From Nitrospirota bacterium (GTDB lineage: Bacteria; Nitrospirota; Thermodesulfovibrionia; Thermodesulfovibrionales; SM23-35), in the NCBI GenBank assembly GCA_049323875.1, contig JBMOLW010000033.1:133339-197338 (forward strand): a stretch of 64,000 nucleotides of DNA, in the 5' to 3' direction. A program made the position numbers and the translations under genes. The notes below the pieces were generated by a model. The model did no database searches. It saw only the letters and a list, made by a program, of their open reading frames with translations, and was not told the DNA's origin. Position 1 is the stretch's first letter, and every line of letters starts with the position of its first letter. Positions 37,794-45,886 of this stretch are shown here, piece after piece.

Positions 37794-40576
37794 GAATGCA
37801 GGGTTTCGTATATCTTCGTTAAAAACTCGTTCGGCACAATAGGTTTCGGGATGAAAAGCAGGCCTTCTTCTCCCTCGCTCTTTCTCTGGATAAAGTCGGA
37901 AAAATATCCGCTGGTAAAGATTGCCTTCATATCCGGCCTTGCTTTTTTTATTTCGTCGTATACTTCTCTCCCGTTCTTTTTCGGCATGACCGTGTCAACA
38001 ACAACAAGCTGAACTTCATCCCTGTGTTCATCAAAAACTTTCAAGGCATCTTCTCCGTCAACCGAAAGCAACACGGTATAACCATATTTTTCGAGAAGCT
38101 GTTTGATAAAGTTTCTGACCTGCATATCATCTTCTGCCACGAGGATTGTCTCCCTGCCGCCTTTTACCCGTGTCGGGTATTCCTGCTTCTGGTCCTCAGG
38201 GAATGCCTGGATAAGAGGGAGATAGATCTTGAAGGTCGTGCCCCTGCCCGGTTCGCTGTAGACATTGATATATCCTTCATGCTGTTTCACGATTCCGTAG
38301 ACCATTGCCAGACCAAGGCCTGTTCCCTTTCCCACATCCTTGGTCGTAAAAAATGGTTCGAAGATTCTTTCTTTCGTACTCGCATCGATACCTTGACCGG
38401 TGTCCTCAAAGGAGATCTGCACATAGGAGCCGGGGGTACCGTATCCGTGGGCCGCAAGATACTGCTCGTCGATCTTCACAAAATCGGTACCTATGGTCAG
38501 CTTCCCCCCATGAGGCATGGCATCCCTTGCGTTTGTGGCGAGGTTCATGAGAACCTGCTCAATCTGGCTCGCGTCTGCCATCACTATGAAATCCTTATCC
38601 GGAAGGTTTGCGGACAATTCAATGTCTTCCCCGATAATCCTCGATAATAACCTATCGATATTCCTGATGATCTGATTGAGGTTCACAGCCTTGGGGTGCA
38701 TAATCTGTTTCCTGCTGAATGCCAGGAGGGCATTGGTAAGATTCGATGCTCTCTTTGCTGCATTGAGTATCGGCAGTATGTTGTTCTGTAAGGGATCATC
38801 CTGGCTTATTTCCATCTGGAGGAGGTTTGAGAAGCCTATGATGGCGGTAAGGATGTTATTGAAATCATGAGCAATGCCCCCTGCAAGCTGACCGATGGCC
38901 TCCATCTTCTGTGCCTGAAGGAGTTGATGCTCGAGCTTTTTCTGCTCCGTGATATCCCTGGATATCTCGATAACTGCTAAAGGATTTCTGTCTTTATCCC
39001 TCAATGCAACATTTGCGGTACAATGAAAGTGCAGGAGTTTCCCGTCTTTGTCTGTGACCGTGGTATCATGCTCATGCACCTCGCCGTCCTGAAACGCCCT
39101 GAGCACAATACAGGGATATGGATCGCAGGGTTTTCCCCTCCCGTGATATGCGGTGTAACATTTTTTGCCGACAATATCTTCTCCGAATATTTTTTTTGCA
39201 ACGGCATTGGCCCAAATAATATTGAGTTCGCTGTCCATCATACTCATATGGTCGCCGATTGACTGCAGCATCGCTTCAAGTTTTTCTTCACTGTCGCGTA
39301 ACGCGTTTTCGATTTTCTTGCGTTCCGTAATATCGACATTCACCTCAGCCACCAGCCATTCACCCTCCTCGTTCTGGAACGGCTTGGTAATCACCTGTAT
39401 CGGCCGGCTGTTTTCCTTGAGGAGAACTTCCTCGGTGACTGTGACAGCCTTGGTCTCAAGTGACTTCTGTATACCGCAGCCGGGGCAGACCGTATCCCGG
39501 TCCATGAAGTACTCAAAACATTTTCTCCCGGTGTAGTTCCCGTATGTCTTGGCCCATTCCGGATCGACATACCGGATGTTATATTCTGAGTCTATAATAT
39601 CGATCCCCGTATTCGTTGCTCCCAGGATAAACTCCATCTGCTGCTTTAATGACCTGACCTCCTGTTCCGCCTTTTTCAGGTCGGTTATATCCGTGCTGAC
39701 CTCCACAAAACCGGAAACATTGCCATGGGAATCCTGAACAGGATGAGCACGGATAAACCATATTTTCCCGTCAGAAGTCGATCGCTCGATCGATATGGAC
39801 TTGCCGGCAACAAGAGCAGTCATCTCGAAGGGGCATTCGGGACAGGGATCATTTCTCTGATGGAGAATCTCGAAACAGGTGCGCCCCTTGATCTTTTCTG
39901 ACGGCAGGCAAGCATATTCCTGAAAAATCCTGTTCGTCCATAATATCCTCCTGTCCTTGTCACGGTAACTCATCCTCTCATGCATCGCATCGAGAATAAT
40001 CCTCTTTTCATTTTCAGACTGTCTCAGTGATTCCTCGGCTGCAGTAAGTTCCTCAAGGAGGCGGGAAAGGGCACGGTTTTTCTCTTCCAGGTGGATATGA
40101 GACGTTTCGAGATCCTGCATAACTTTCTTCAGCGACGAAATATTCCGGAATGAATACATATAGCCGACAATCCTGCCTCCGGTATCCCTGATGAGAGAGG
40201 CACTCACCAGTGCAGGAATAGTCTTGCCGGTCGCAGTTTTCAGCGTCGTTTCGATGTTAGAGATATCCTGGTCTGCATCCAGGGCTTTCTTCACCACACA
40301 TTCTGTCTCACATATTCCGGTCTTCAATACGTCCTTGCAGTACATGCCACATGCTTCATACGCCTTGAACCCTGTTATCTTCTCGGCTTCAAGGTTAAAG
40401 TACAGTATGCGCATCTGCAGGTCGGTAAAAAAGACTGCATTTGGCAGAGAATGCAGAATGGTTGAGGCATTAATGTCTTTCGGCCAGCTCGCCCGCCCCG
40501 TTATTTCATCCACAGGATGACGTTGCATGTCCATCACCTTTCTCCCGTTCTGCAATAAACCTGCAGATCGGATCAC
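37790..40576 (-). CDS. hybrid sensor histidine kinase: four PAS domains with Cys triads, then HisKA, HATPase and REC
   Basis: 928 aa (the start may be the internal MDMQ at 40534). H-box [15 protein letters not shown]-boxes [10 protein letters not shown]-terminal receiver domain. The PAS domains carry C-x10-C-x2-C (twice), C-x10-C-x4-C, and C-x3-C-x8-C-x3-C. Confidence 0.85.
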   Translation of the reverse strand: MIRSAGLLQNGRKVMDMQRHPVDEITGRASWPKDINASTILHSLPNAVFFTDLQMRILYFNLEAEKITGFKAYEACGMYCKDVLKTGICETECVVKKALDADQDISNIETTLKTATGKTIPALVSASLIRDTGGRIVGYMYSFRNISSLKKVMQDLETSHIHLEEKNRALSRLLEELTAAEESLRQSENEKRIILDAMHERMSYRDKDRRILWTNRIFQEYACLPSEKIKGRTCFEILHQRNDPCPECPFEMTALVAGKSISIERSTSDGKIWFIRAHPVQDSHGNVSGFVEVSTDITDLKKAEQEVRSLKQQMEFILGATNTGIDIIDSEYNIRYVDPEWAKTYGNYTGRKCFEYFMDRDTVCPGCGIQKSLETKAVTVTEEVLLKENSRPIQVITKPFQNEEGEWLVAEVNVDITERKKIENALRDSEEKLEAMLQSIGDHMSMMDSELNIIWANAVAKKIFGEDIVGKKCYTAYHGRGKPCDPYPCIVLRAFQDGEVHEHDTTVTDKDGKLLHFHCTANVALRDKDRNPLAVIEISRDITEQKKLEHQLLQAQKMEAIGQLAGGIAHDFNNILTAIIGFSNLLQMEISQDDPLQNNILPILNAAKRASNLTNALLAFSRKQIMHPKAVNLNQIIRNIDRLLSRIIGEDIELSANLPDKDFIVMADASQIEQVLMNLATNARDAMPHGGKLTIGTDFVKIDEQYLAAHGYGTPGSYVQISFEDTGQGIDASTKERIFEPFFTTKDVGKGTGLGLAMVYGIVKQHEGYINVYSEPGRGTTFKIYLPLIQAFPEDQKQEYPTRVKGGRETILVAEDDMQVRNFIKQLLEKYGYTVLLSVDGEDALKVFDEHRDEVQLVVVDTVMPKKNGREVYDEIKKARPDMKAIFTSGYFSDFIQRKSEGEEGLLFIPKPIVPNEFLTKIYETLHS

Positions 40577-41135
40577 CCGCAGCGCGGCAGGTCACTTCCC
40601 TGGCATGGTACATCCCCATGCCCGAGGGATAGGGATCACTATAGACAAGGTCCATATACGATGCTGTACAGGCGCTGAACATATAACACCTGCCGTAGGG
40701 TTGGCGTCCGAACTGGTCCCTGTAGCGTCCCGGGTCGTATGCATTCTTCACAACGGTCACCAGCCGCTCACCGGGGACAAGTTCCTCGACCTCGATATAT
40801 CCGATGCCGAAGATGTTCGTCACCGCCACAAGCGCAGCAACTTCATCTTCAGGAGAAGCGATCAGGGGTTTGATATATTCCCGCCAGTGCATGGAACTCC
40901 GTATGCCGTGAAAGGTATGATAGCCGCATTCGAGCACCGCGTCGTACAACTTTTTTTCGATCGTATGCACTGTATGGGTATTCATGCCATGTATTGCCTG
41001 GGAGACTACCTTAAAAAAGAATTCATTGTAATTCATTGCAGCATAGACACCGAAGGCGGCCATGATGCCCTTCTCATTGCTCTCGACCGGTAATTTCGAG
41101 GCAATTTCGATAATCTTTTTGCTGTCGACAGCCAT
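40506..41135 (-). CDS. V4R (4-vinyl reductase)-like small-molecule-binding protein
   Basis: 209 aa. C-terminal [19 protein letters not shown] fits the V4R Cys pattern. Start and stop are coupled to neighbouring genes. Confidence 0.55.
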   Translation of the reverse strand: MAVDSKKIIEIASKLPVESNEKGIMAAFGVYAAMNYNEFFFKVVSQAIHGMNTHTVHTIEKKLYDAVLECGYHTFHGIRSSMHWREYIKPLIASPEDEVAALVAVTNIFGIGYIEVEELVPGERLVTVVKNAYDPGRYRDQFGRQPYGRCYMFSACTASYMDLVYSDPYPSGMGMYHAREVTCRAAGDPICRFIAEREKGDGHATSSCG

Positions 41136-41647
41136 TATCCCTTCACCGCAAGGAGAAATTCACAGTGCTCCTCTCCGGATATCATGCACTTGACCTCCTC
41201 GACGCAGTAGGCATCGAGAGGCTTTTCATATACTGCGGAGAGAATGCCGGCCAGGAAGCCGCAGGTCAGATGGCAGACAGGGGTGTCACGACGCCCGTAT
41301 TTCGCCAGCCAGCCGGTCACATAATAGGAGGAGTCGGCATATACCCTGCCGCCTGAATCGTTCAGCCCTGAAAGGTCTATACGGCCGAACCCCATAAACC
41401 GGTAGAGTTCCTCAGCTGACCTGAATTTTTCACCTGCGGGAACATCCTGGAGATGGTTCCGGATATATCGGGCGAAGTTGTCATGGAATTCTTCCTGTGC
41501 GGCCTGGATAATGATAGCCTGTGCATCGATTGCTTCCATTTCTTCGAGGGCTTTCACAAGACCGCAGTTGTAATGATGGCAGTGGAGGGATACCCCGGTC
41601 CCCTCGAGCTTCATGACATTCGATTCGTGATCAAATTCAAGAAACAT
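41135..41647 (-). CDS. V4R (4-vinyl reductase) domain protein
   Basis: 170 aa. CHLTCGFLAGILSAVY...EEVKCMISGEEHCEFLL is V4R-like. Confidence 0.6.
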   Translation of the reverse strand: MFLEFDHESNVMKLEGTGVSLHCHHYNCGLVKALEEMEAIDAQAIIIQAAQEEFHDNFARYIRNHLQDVPAGEKFRSAEELYRFMGFGRIDLSGLNDSGGRVYADSSYYVTGWLAKYGRRDTPVCHLTCGFLAGILSAVYEKPLDAYCVEEVKCMISGEEHCEFLLAVKG

Positions 41648-41840
41648 GGGTTCTTATCTCAAGTATACTGTATTTTTCACTGCAAAAGTTATTAAAATAT
41701 ATCCCTTCGGAACTGATTCTGCAATGATCCACAATGATAACGCTATGCATCTGTACGATCCGCTATTACCGGACAAAACAGGTGCTTGAAACCGTGGGCT
41801 GTTCCATAAGCTATCATCCGTTTTCTTGCATATCCAGCCA

Positions 41841-43253
41841 TTAAAATGTCCTCCAGGTTGAATATTGTGATCCATGGTAATGGCAGCAATTACAGTTAAT
41901 CGCATTTCTTGTGCTGGTGCAATCGCCCCACTGTCCGGATACATGGCAGTTGCTGCATCCGCCTGAGGTATAGAAGGGATCACCTGATGTGCTGTCATGA
42001 TGAACTCCATACCAGTGGTCATTCTGGCATGAAGTGCTGAAATCATAGTCATCTTTGTGGCACCTGTCACAGAGGTTTGCGATGCTGGTAGGTTTGGTAG
42101 CGTTATAGTCGGTATAGGAGCCGGCAGCGCAGGTTGAATCAGCCGCAATGGTTGTTATGGCGCTCAAGGTACCGCCATTTACTTCTTTCCGGATCAGCGT
42201 TACGTTCGGTGCGCCATGTGGCTCGTGACAATCCGTGCAGGCAAGCACCTTGCCCATAACAGCACCGTAAGGATTATCCATGCTGATTGCGCCATCCGCA
42301 TTTCCCTTGCCATGCTTTTCCACGTCCCAGTCGATTGCCCTCAGATATCTGTTCAAGGTACTACTCCATACACTATTGGGGGTACTGGTATGGCAGTCAG
42401 TACAAAAGGTAACATAATCTGTCAAGTTGGAACCATCCGGGAACGCAGAACCGTCCGGCTCATAGGTAGTCGTTGATCCGAAACGATAAGGAGCCTGATA
42501 ACTGGTCGTGTAATCACGCATGCTCTCGGCAGAAGCGCCGTACGGGGTATCATCTGAAATATTATCCCCCCAGAGGCCCCACTCGTTGTTATTGGTGTTA
42601 TGCTGGCCCGGCCTTGAAACAGGCCACCCCCTGCTGCCCGATGCATGAGGGTCTCTCTGCGCTCTGTGGGGATTGTGACAGCCTCCGCAAGGGTTTGAAT
42701 CTGTGCGGTACCCCCAGGATTTACTGATAACCAGTGTCCGGATATCTGCCAGATTATGGGATGAACCCGTAAAGGGCGAGTACGTAAAAGAGAATGCTTC
42801 AAGAATATCATTGAGTGTATCCGATGTGTATCCTCCTGCGCGGTAACTGTAACTCCTGTTGACCAATCCACCGGATTGGAATGAATTCACTTCAGTGTGG
42901 CATGTGAAACAGAAGTTGTCTGTTTGGCTGGTATGGTTTGAAGAAAATAAGGCATATAGTGAAGGACCGCCCCCGATCGGAGCTGGCTCGCTGCCTCCGA
43001 TCATTGCATGCTGCTCATGGCAGTGTGCACAGTTTCCCTGGGAGTACCCGAAGTCGACAGGGATCTTGACACTCGTGCGATCCACCCCGTAAGAAACATT
43101 CCCATGGGCAGAATTCAGGTACGGGCCGCTCTCTGCTTTGTCAGGATAACACAGAGAGCAGAAAGCAGAGAACAGAGAGCAAAAGATAAGAAAAATAATG
43201 CCGCTCTTATTGTCAGGAAATATTGTTATACATTTCTCCATTTCCACCCTCAC
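41841..43253 (-). CDS. secreted multihaem cytochrome c, 8 CXXCH
   Basis: Motifs CAHCH, CFTCH, CGGCH, CTDCH, CTDCH, CDRCH, CSNCH, CNCCH. Hydrophobic signal segment IIFLIFCSLFSAFCSLC. The start is uncertain (43253 or 43241). Confidence 0.85.
   Translation of the reverse strand: MRVEMEKCITIFPDNKSGIIFLIFCSLFSAFCSLCYPDKAESGPYLNSAHGNVSYGVDRTSVKIPVDFGYSQGNCAHCHEQHAMIGGSEPAPIGGGPSLYALFSSNHTSQTDNFCFTCHTEVNSFQSGGLVNRSYSYRAGGYTSDTLNDILEAFSFTYSPFTGSSHNLADIRTLVISKSWGYRTDSNPCGGCHNPHRAQRDPHASGSRGWPVSRPGQHNTNNNEWGLWGDNISDDTPYGASAESMRDYTTSYQAPYRFGSTTTYEPDGSAFPDGSNLTDYVTFCTDCHTSTPNSVWSSTLNRYLRAIDWDVEKHGKGNADGAISMDNPYGAVMGKVLACTDCHEPHGAPNVTLIRKEVNGGTLSAITTIAADSTCAAGSYTDYNATKPTSIANLCDRCHKDDYDFSTSCQNDHWYGVHHDSTSGDPFYTSGGCSNCHVSGQWGDCTSTRNAINCNCCHYHGSQYSTWRTF
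43152..43186. repeat. tandem heptamer array CAGAGAG/CAGAAAG (5 units) inside the signal-peptide coding region
   Basis: Plus strand reads cagagag-cagaaag-cagagaa-cagagag-caaaaga. A complementary GCTCTCTG lies at 43296-43303, on the other side of the start codon. Confidence 0.7.
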
Positions 43254-43303
43254 AAATCAAGATATTGATTACTGTTTCGGACCTCTATGCATCCGGCTCT
43301 CTG

Positions 43304-44506
43304 CTAATTCTTCGACGTGTGACATACAGTACACCCGTTCGTCCCCGCATTCCCCGGCCAGCCCCTATAGTCCCATCTGACCATTTTAAAATACGGTGAT
43401 GCGTGTGCACGATGGCAGGACAGGCACATCACGAGGTCCGTCCCAAGCGTTACCGTACTCGAAGGACCGGTCCATCCACTGAGGCTCGGTCTTGCCACCG
43501 GAACAAGCGGGTCGTAGGTTCCTGTCCCGCCTGAAGCATTAAAAGCACTTGAGTATTCACCGCTGCCGGGTACGATGAAATCAGATGGATGTCTGATCCA
43601 CGGACTTCCGGCTGTTGTGTCATCCTGGATATGGAAATTCCCGTGACAGCCGGTGCAATATCCCGTCACAGTATTGCCGCAGGCGCTGAAACCTCCGGCG
43701 CTTGTTTTTGTTGCACTGTATCCAAGATATTCGTTATGAACTGAAGCACCCGGATTTTGCTGCCAGTCGCTGTCTTCAATGCCGGTAACTCCCTGCCCGT
43801 CACCGCTCATATGCCCGGCCAGGAAACGATACCAACCTTCTTCAGCACTGTCTGCAAGGGTGCCGTTTGTGTTGTTGTGGTGATAACCTGTCGGGCCACT
43901 GCTGTTTCCCATCATGTGGCAATTGGAACAACCCTGTCTTGCACCGAAAGCGGTATTGGCTGTGTAGAGATTTTGATGACATGAGGTAGTTCCGCAGCCG
44001 AGACCGTTTGACGCTCCCGGCGCGACAGTGAGATTGCCATCGGCTTGAGTAATATTATGGCCTTTGGCATCATCACTCTGGACCCAGTAGAAATTGCCTC
44101 CTGCAAGGCCCGTCGCCGAATTATACGAGGGCTGAAGAGTGTTGAAAACCACCGGGGCACCCGTAACCGGATCTTTCCAGGAACTTCCGTCTGTCTTTGA
44201 ATGACAGCCCAGGCAGGATGCACGGAGCAGATTGTTCTTCGGTGATGTATCTGTTTCCCCCGGACCAAGGATGATCATATGTTGACCGTTCTGGCTGTTG
44301 TGCATGGTATGGCAGTTGCTGCAGGCGCCGGTAATCTTTGCTTCCGACTGCAGAGCACAGAGCAAAGAGCACAGAGCAAAGAGCAAAACACATAAGAGGG
44401 TTAATGAGTTTATGGTATTTTTTGAGTTTCTTGAGTTATTGAACACAATAAACCCGATGTACCAAGGGAACCTTATAACCTCCCTTTTTTTCATACATTT
44501 AGCCAC
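43304..44506 (-). CDS. OmcS-like multihaem cytochrome, paralogue 4 (6 CXXCH + 1 CX4CH); start uncertain
   Basis: CSNCHTMHN, CLGCH, CGTTSCH, CSNCH, CTGCHGNFH, CLSCHRAHAS, CTVCHTSK, plus GGNFYWV and KGHNI. The track start is GTG 44506. An ATG lies at 44494. Confidence 0.8.
   Translation of the reverse strand: MAKCMKKREVIRFPWYIGFIVFNNSRNSKNTINSLTLLCVLLFALCSLLCALQSEAKITGACSNCHTMHNSQNGQHMIILGPGETDTSPKNNLLRASCLGCHSKTDGSSWKDPVTGAPVVFNTLQPSYNSATGLAGGNFYWVQSDDAKGHNITQADGNLTVAPGASNGLGCGTTSCHQNLYTANTAFGARQGCSNCHMMGNSSGPTGYHHNNTNGTLADSAEEGWYRFLAGHMSGDGQGVTGIEDSDWQQNPGASVHNEYLGYSATKTSAGGFSACGNTVTGYCTGCHGNFHIQDDTTAGSPWIRHPSDFIVPGSGEYSSAFNASGGTGTYDPLVPVARPSLSGWTGPSSTVTLGTDLVMCLSCHRAHASPYFKMVRWDYRGWPGNAGTNGCTVCHTSKN
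44351..44386. repeat. heptamer array (C/A)AGAGCA including a perfect 14-nt tandem duplication, inside signal-peptide coding sequence
   Basis: ACAGAGCAAAGAGC at 44357-44370 is repeated exactly at 44371-44384. Confidence 0.8.
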
Positions 44507-44512
44507 TGGCTG

Positions 44513-44540
44513 TTTGCTCTATGCTCATCGCTCTTCGCTC
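44513..44540. repeat. four tandem heptamers NNNGCTC (TTTGCTC TATGCTC ATCGCTC TTCGCTC), inverted relative to the 44351-44386 array
   Basis: Intergenic, immediately after the 16-haem cytochrome stop (44546). TTTGCTC is the reverse complement of GAGCAAA. Confidence 0.75.
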
Positions 44541-44545
44541 ATTGG

Positions 44546-45886
44546 TTACTTTTTGTGGCACTGGATACACAATTGTCTCTTCCTGTCGAAAGAGAGCATG
44601 AATTCCGCCCTTGCCGAATGCATGCTGTGGCAGGTGATGCAGGTTACCGGCTGTCCGTTCCTCGGGTCTTTGATCCCGGGACCCTGCGGATGGCTGACCC
44701 TGTGCTGGGCTGTATGACAGCGCGAGCAGGTTTTGATAGTATCATCCCGGAAATAATGCTCGTTCCGGGTATGGGGAGGAACGTGGCATTCAAAGCACTT
44801 TCTTTCCTCGACCGGAATACACCGGATCGACTTAAGAGCCTTCTCCATGACCATCGTCCTCTTCTCCGTATTTTCGTGACAGTTCATACAGGCCAGGGAA
44901 GCGTTCACCGTAAAGTTGCTGCTCTTCGAGGCATGATGGTTGTGGCACAGGATACATCCGCCCTGATTCTCTTTGAGGTGCACATCATCAGCTTTCAGTT
45001 TTGTCACGTCGAGCTTATGACAGCTTATACACAGACCTTGTCCCGGTTTCTTTGTCGTAATCTGCGCGCCGTCCTTTATCGGATTGTGGCAGGTCTCGCA
45101 TTTTTGTTCCAGAAAAGCCTTATGACCGCAGGGGCCGAGCAGTCCGCTATGGGGAGATGCATGGCCGGTGTGACACTCTATACAGTCCATCTTCTCTGTG
45201 GCAGAGGAAATCGATACGTCGCCGGACGTACATTTCACTGCATGGCAGGTGACGCACACCTTGTGCGTTTGCTCAAGCATCAGATTTTCTGCCGCTGCTG
45301 CATGGGGTTCGTGACACGATGAACACTTTCCTTCCTGGAAGGGCATATGGACATGCGCGTTCTGAAGCCTCTGACTCAGGGACTCATGACAACCCCAGCA
45401 CAGGTCTTTCTGGTTTTTGACCAGAAGCTTCGGGTTTGCCCCGCTATGCGCATTATGGCAATCGGTGCATACGCCTTTTTTGAGCGCATTATGTATAAAT
45501 TTCTTATTCAGCGAGCTTCGCACTTTTTCATGGCAGGAGAGACAGAGCGAGGAAATCTCCTCTTTCACCAATCCCTTCATATTCCCCGCATGAGAATCGT
45601 GACAGGCTGTGCATTTCCCTTCCCTGAAGGGGAAGTGCACCTGCTGCCTGAGCAGTTCGTCCTTCACTTTGGAATGGCACTTGAAGCAGAGGGCGGGGAT
45701 ATTCTCTTTAATCCCGCTCTGGGCGTATAGAGAACCACTAAAAGTAAAAAACAACAGAAGGCATAATGCGCAGGATAGAAAGTTTACATGGTTTACCCGG
45801 TTACCTTGGTTTACTTTGTTTCTTAACCGTATAAACTTTGTAAACTTTGCAAACCGTGTTAGCTGCGTCGATTTTTTGTTATTCAT
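44546..45886 (-). CDS. multihaem cytochrome c, 16 CXXCH (paired-motif repeat architecture)
   Basis: I counted 16 CXXCH, alternating CxxCH(S/E/K) with CxxCHxxH at roughly 20-residue spacing. The start is taken at MNNKKS. The N-region of the signal peptide is encoded by a 9-mer repeat array. Confidence 0.85.
   Translation of the reverse strand: MNNKKSTQLTRFAKFTKFIRLRNKVNQGNRVNHVNFLSCALCLLLFFTFSGSLYAQSGIKENIPALCFKCHSKVKDELLRQQVHFPFREGKCTACHDSHAGNMKGLVKEEISSLCLSCHEKVRSSLNKKFIHNALKKGVCTDCHNAHSGANPKLLVKNQKDLCWGCHESLSQRLQNAHVHMPFQEGKCSSCHEPHAAAAENLMLEQTHKVCVTCHAVKCTSGDVSISSATEKMDCIECHTGHASPHSGLLGPCGHKAFLEQKCETCHNPIKDGAQITTKKPGQGLCISCHKLDVTKLKADDVHLKENQGGCILCHNHHASKSSNFTVNASLACMNCHENTEKRTMVMEKALKSIRCIPVEERKCFECHVPPHTRNEHYFRDDTIKTCSRCHTAQHRVSHPQGPGIKDPRNGQPVTCITCHSMHSARAEFMLSFDRKRQLCIQCHKK
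45781..45858. repeat. inverted arrays of 9-nt repeats (GGTTTACnn x5, then inverted x3)
   Basis: agtttacat-ggtttaccc-ggttacctt-ggtttactt-tgtttctta, then tataaactt-tgtaaactt-tgcaaaccg. Translated as FAKFTKFIRLRNKVNQGNRVNHVNF. Confidence 0.75.

Noticed and set aside
41654-42148. 164-aa minus-strand ORF overlapping the 3' end of the 8-haem cytochrome gene
   Set aside because: It is an alternative frame of the cytochrome gene. It has no haem motifs or other features, and the cytochrome frame is supported by eight CXXCH motifs.
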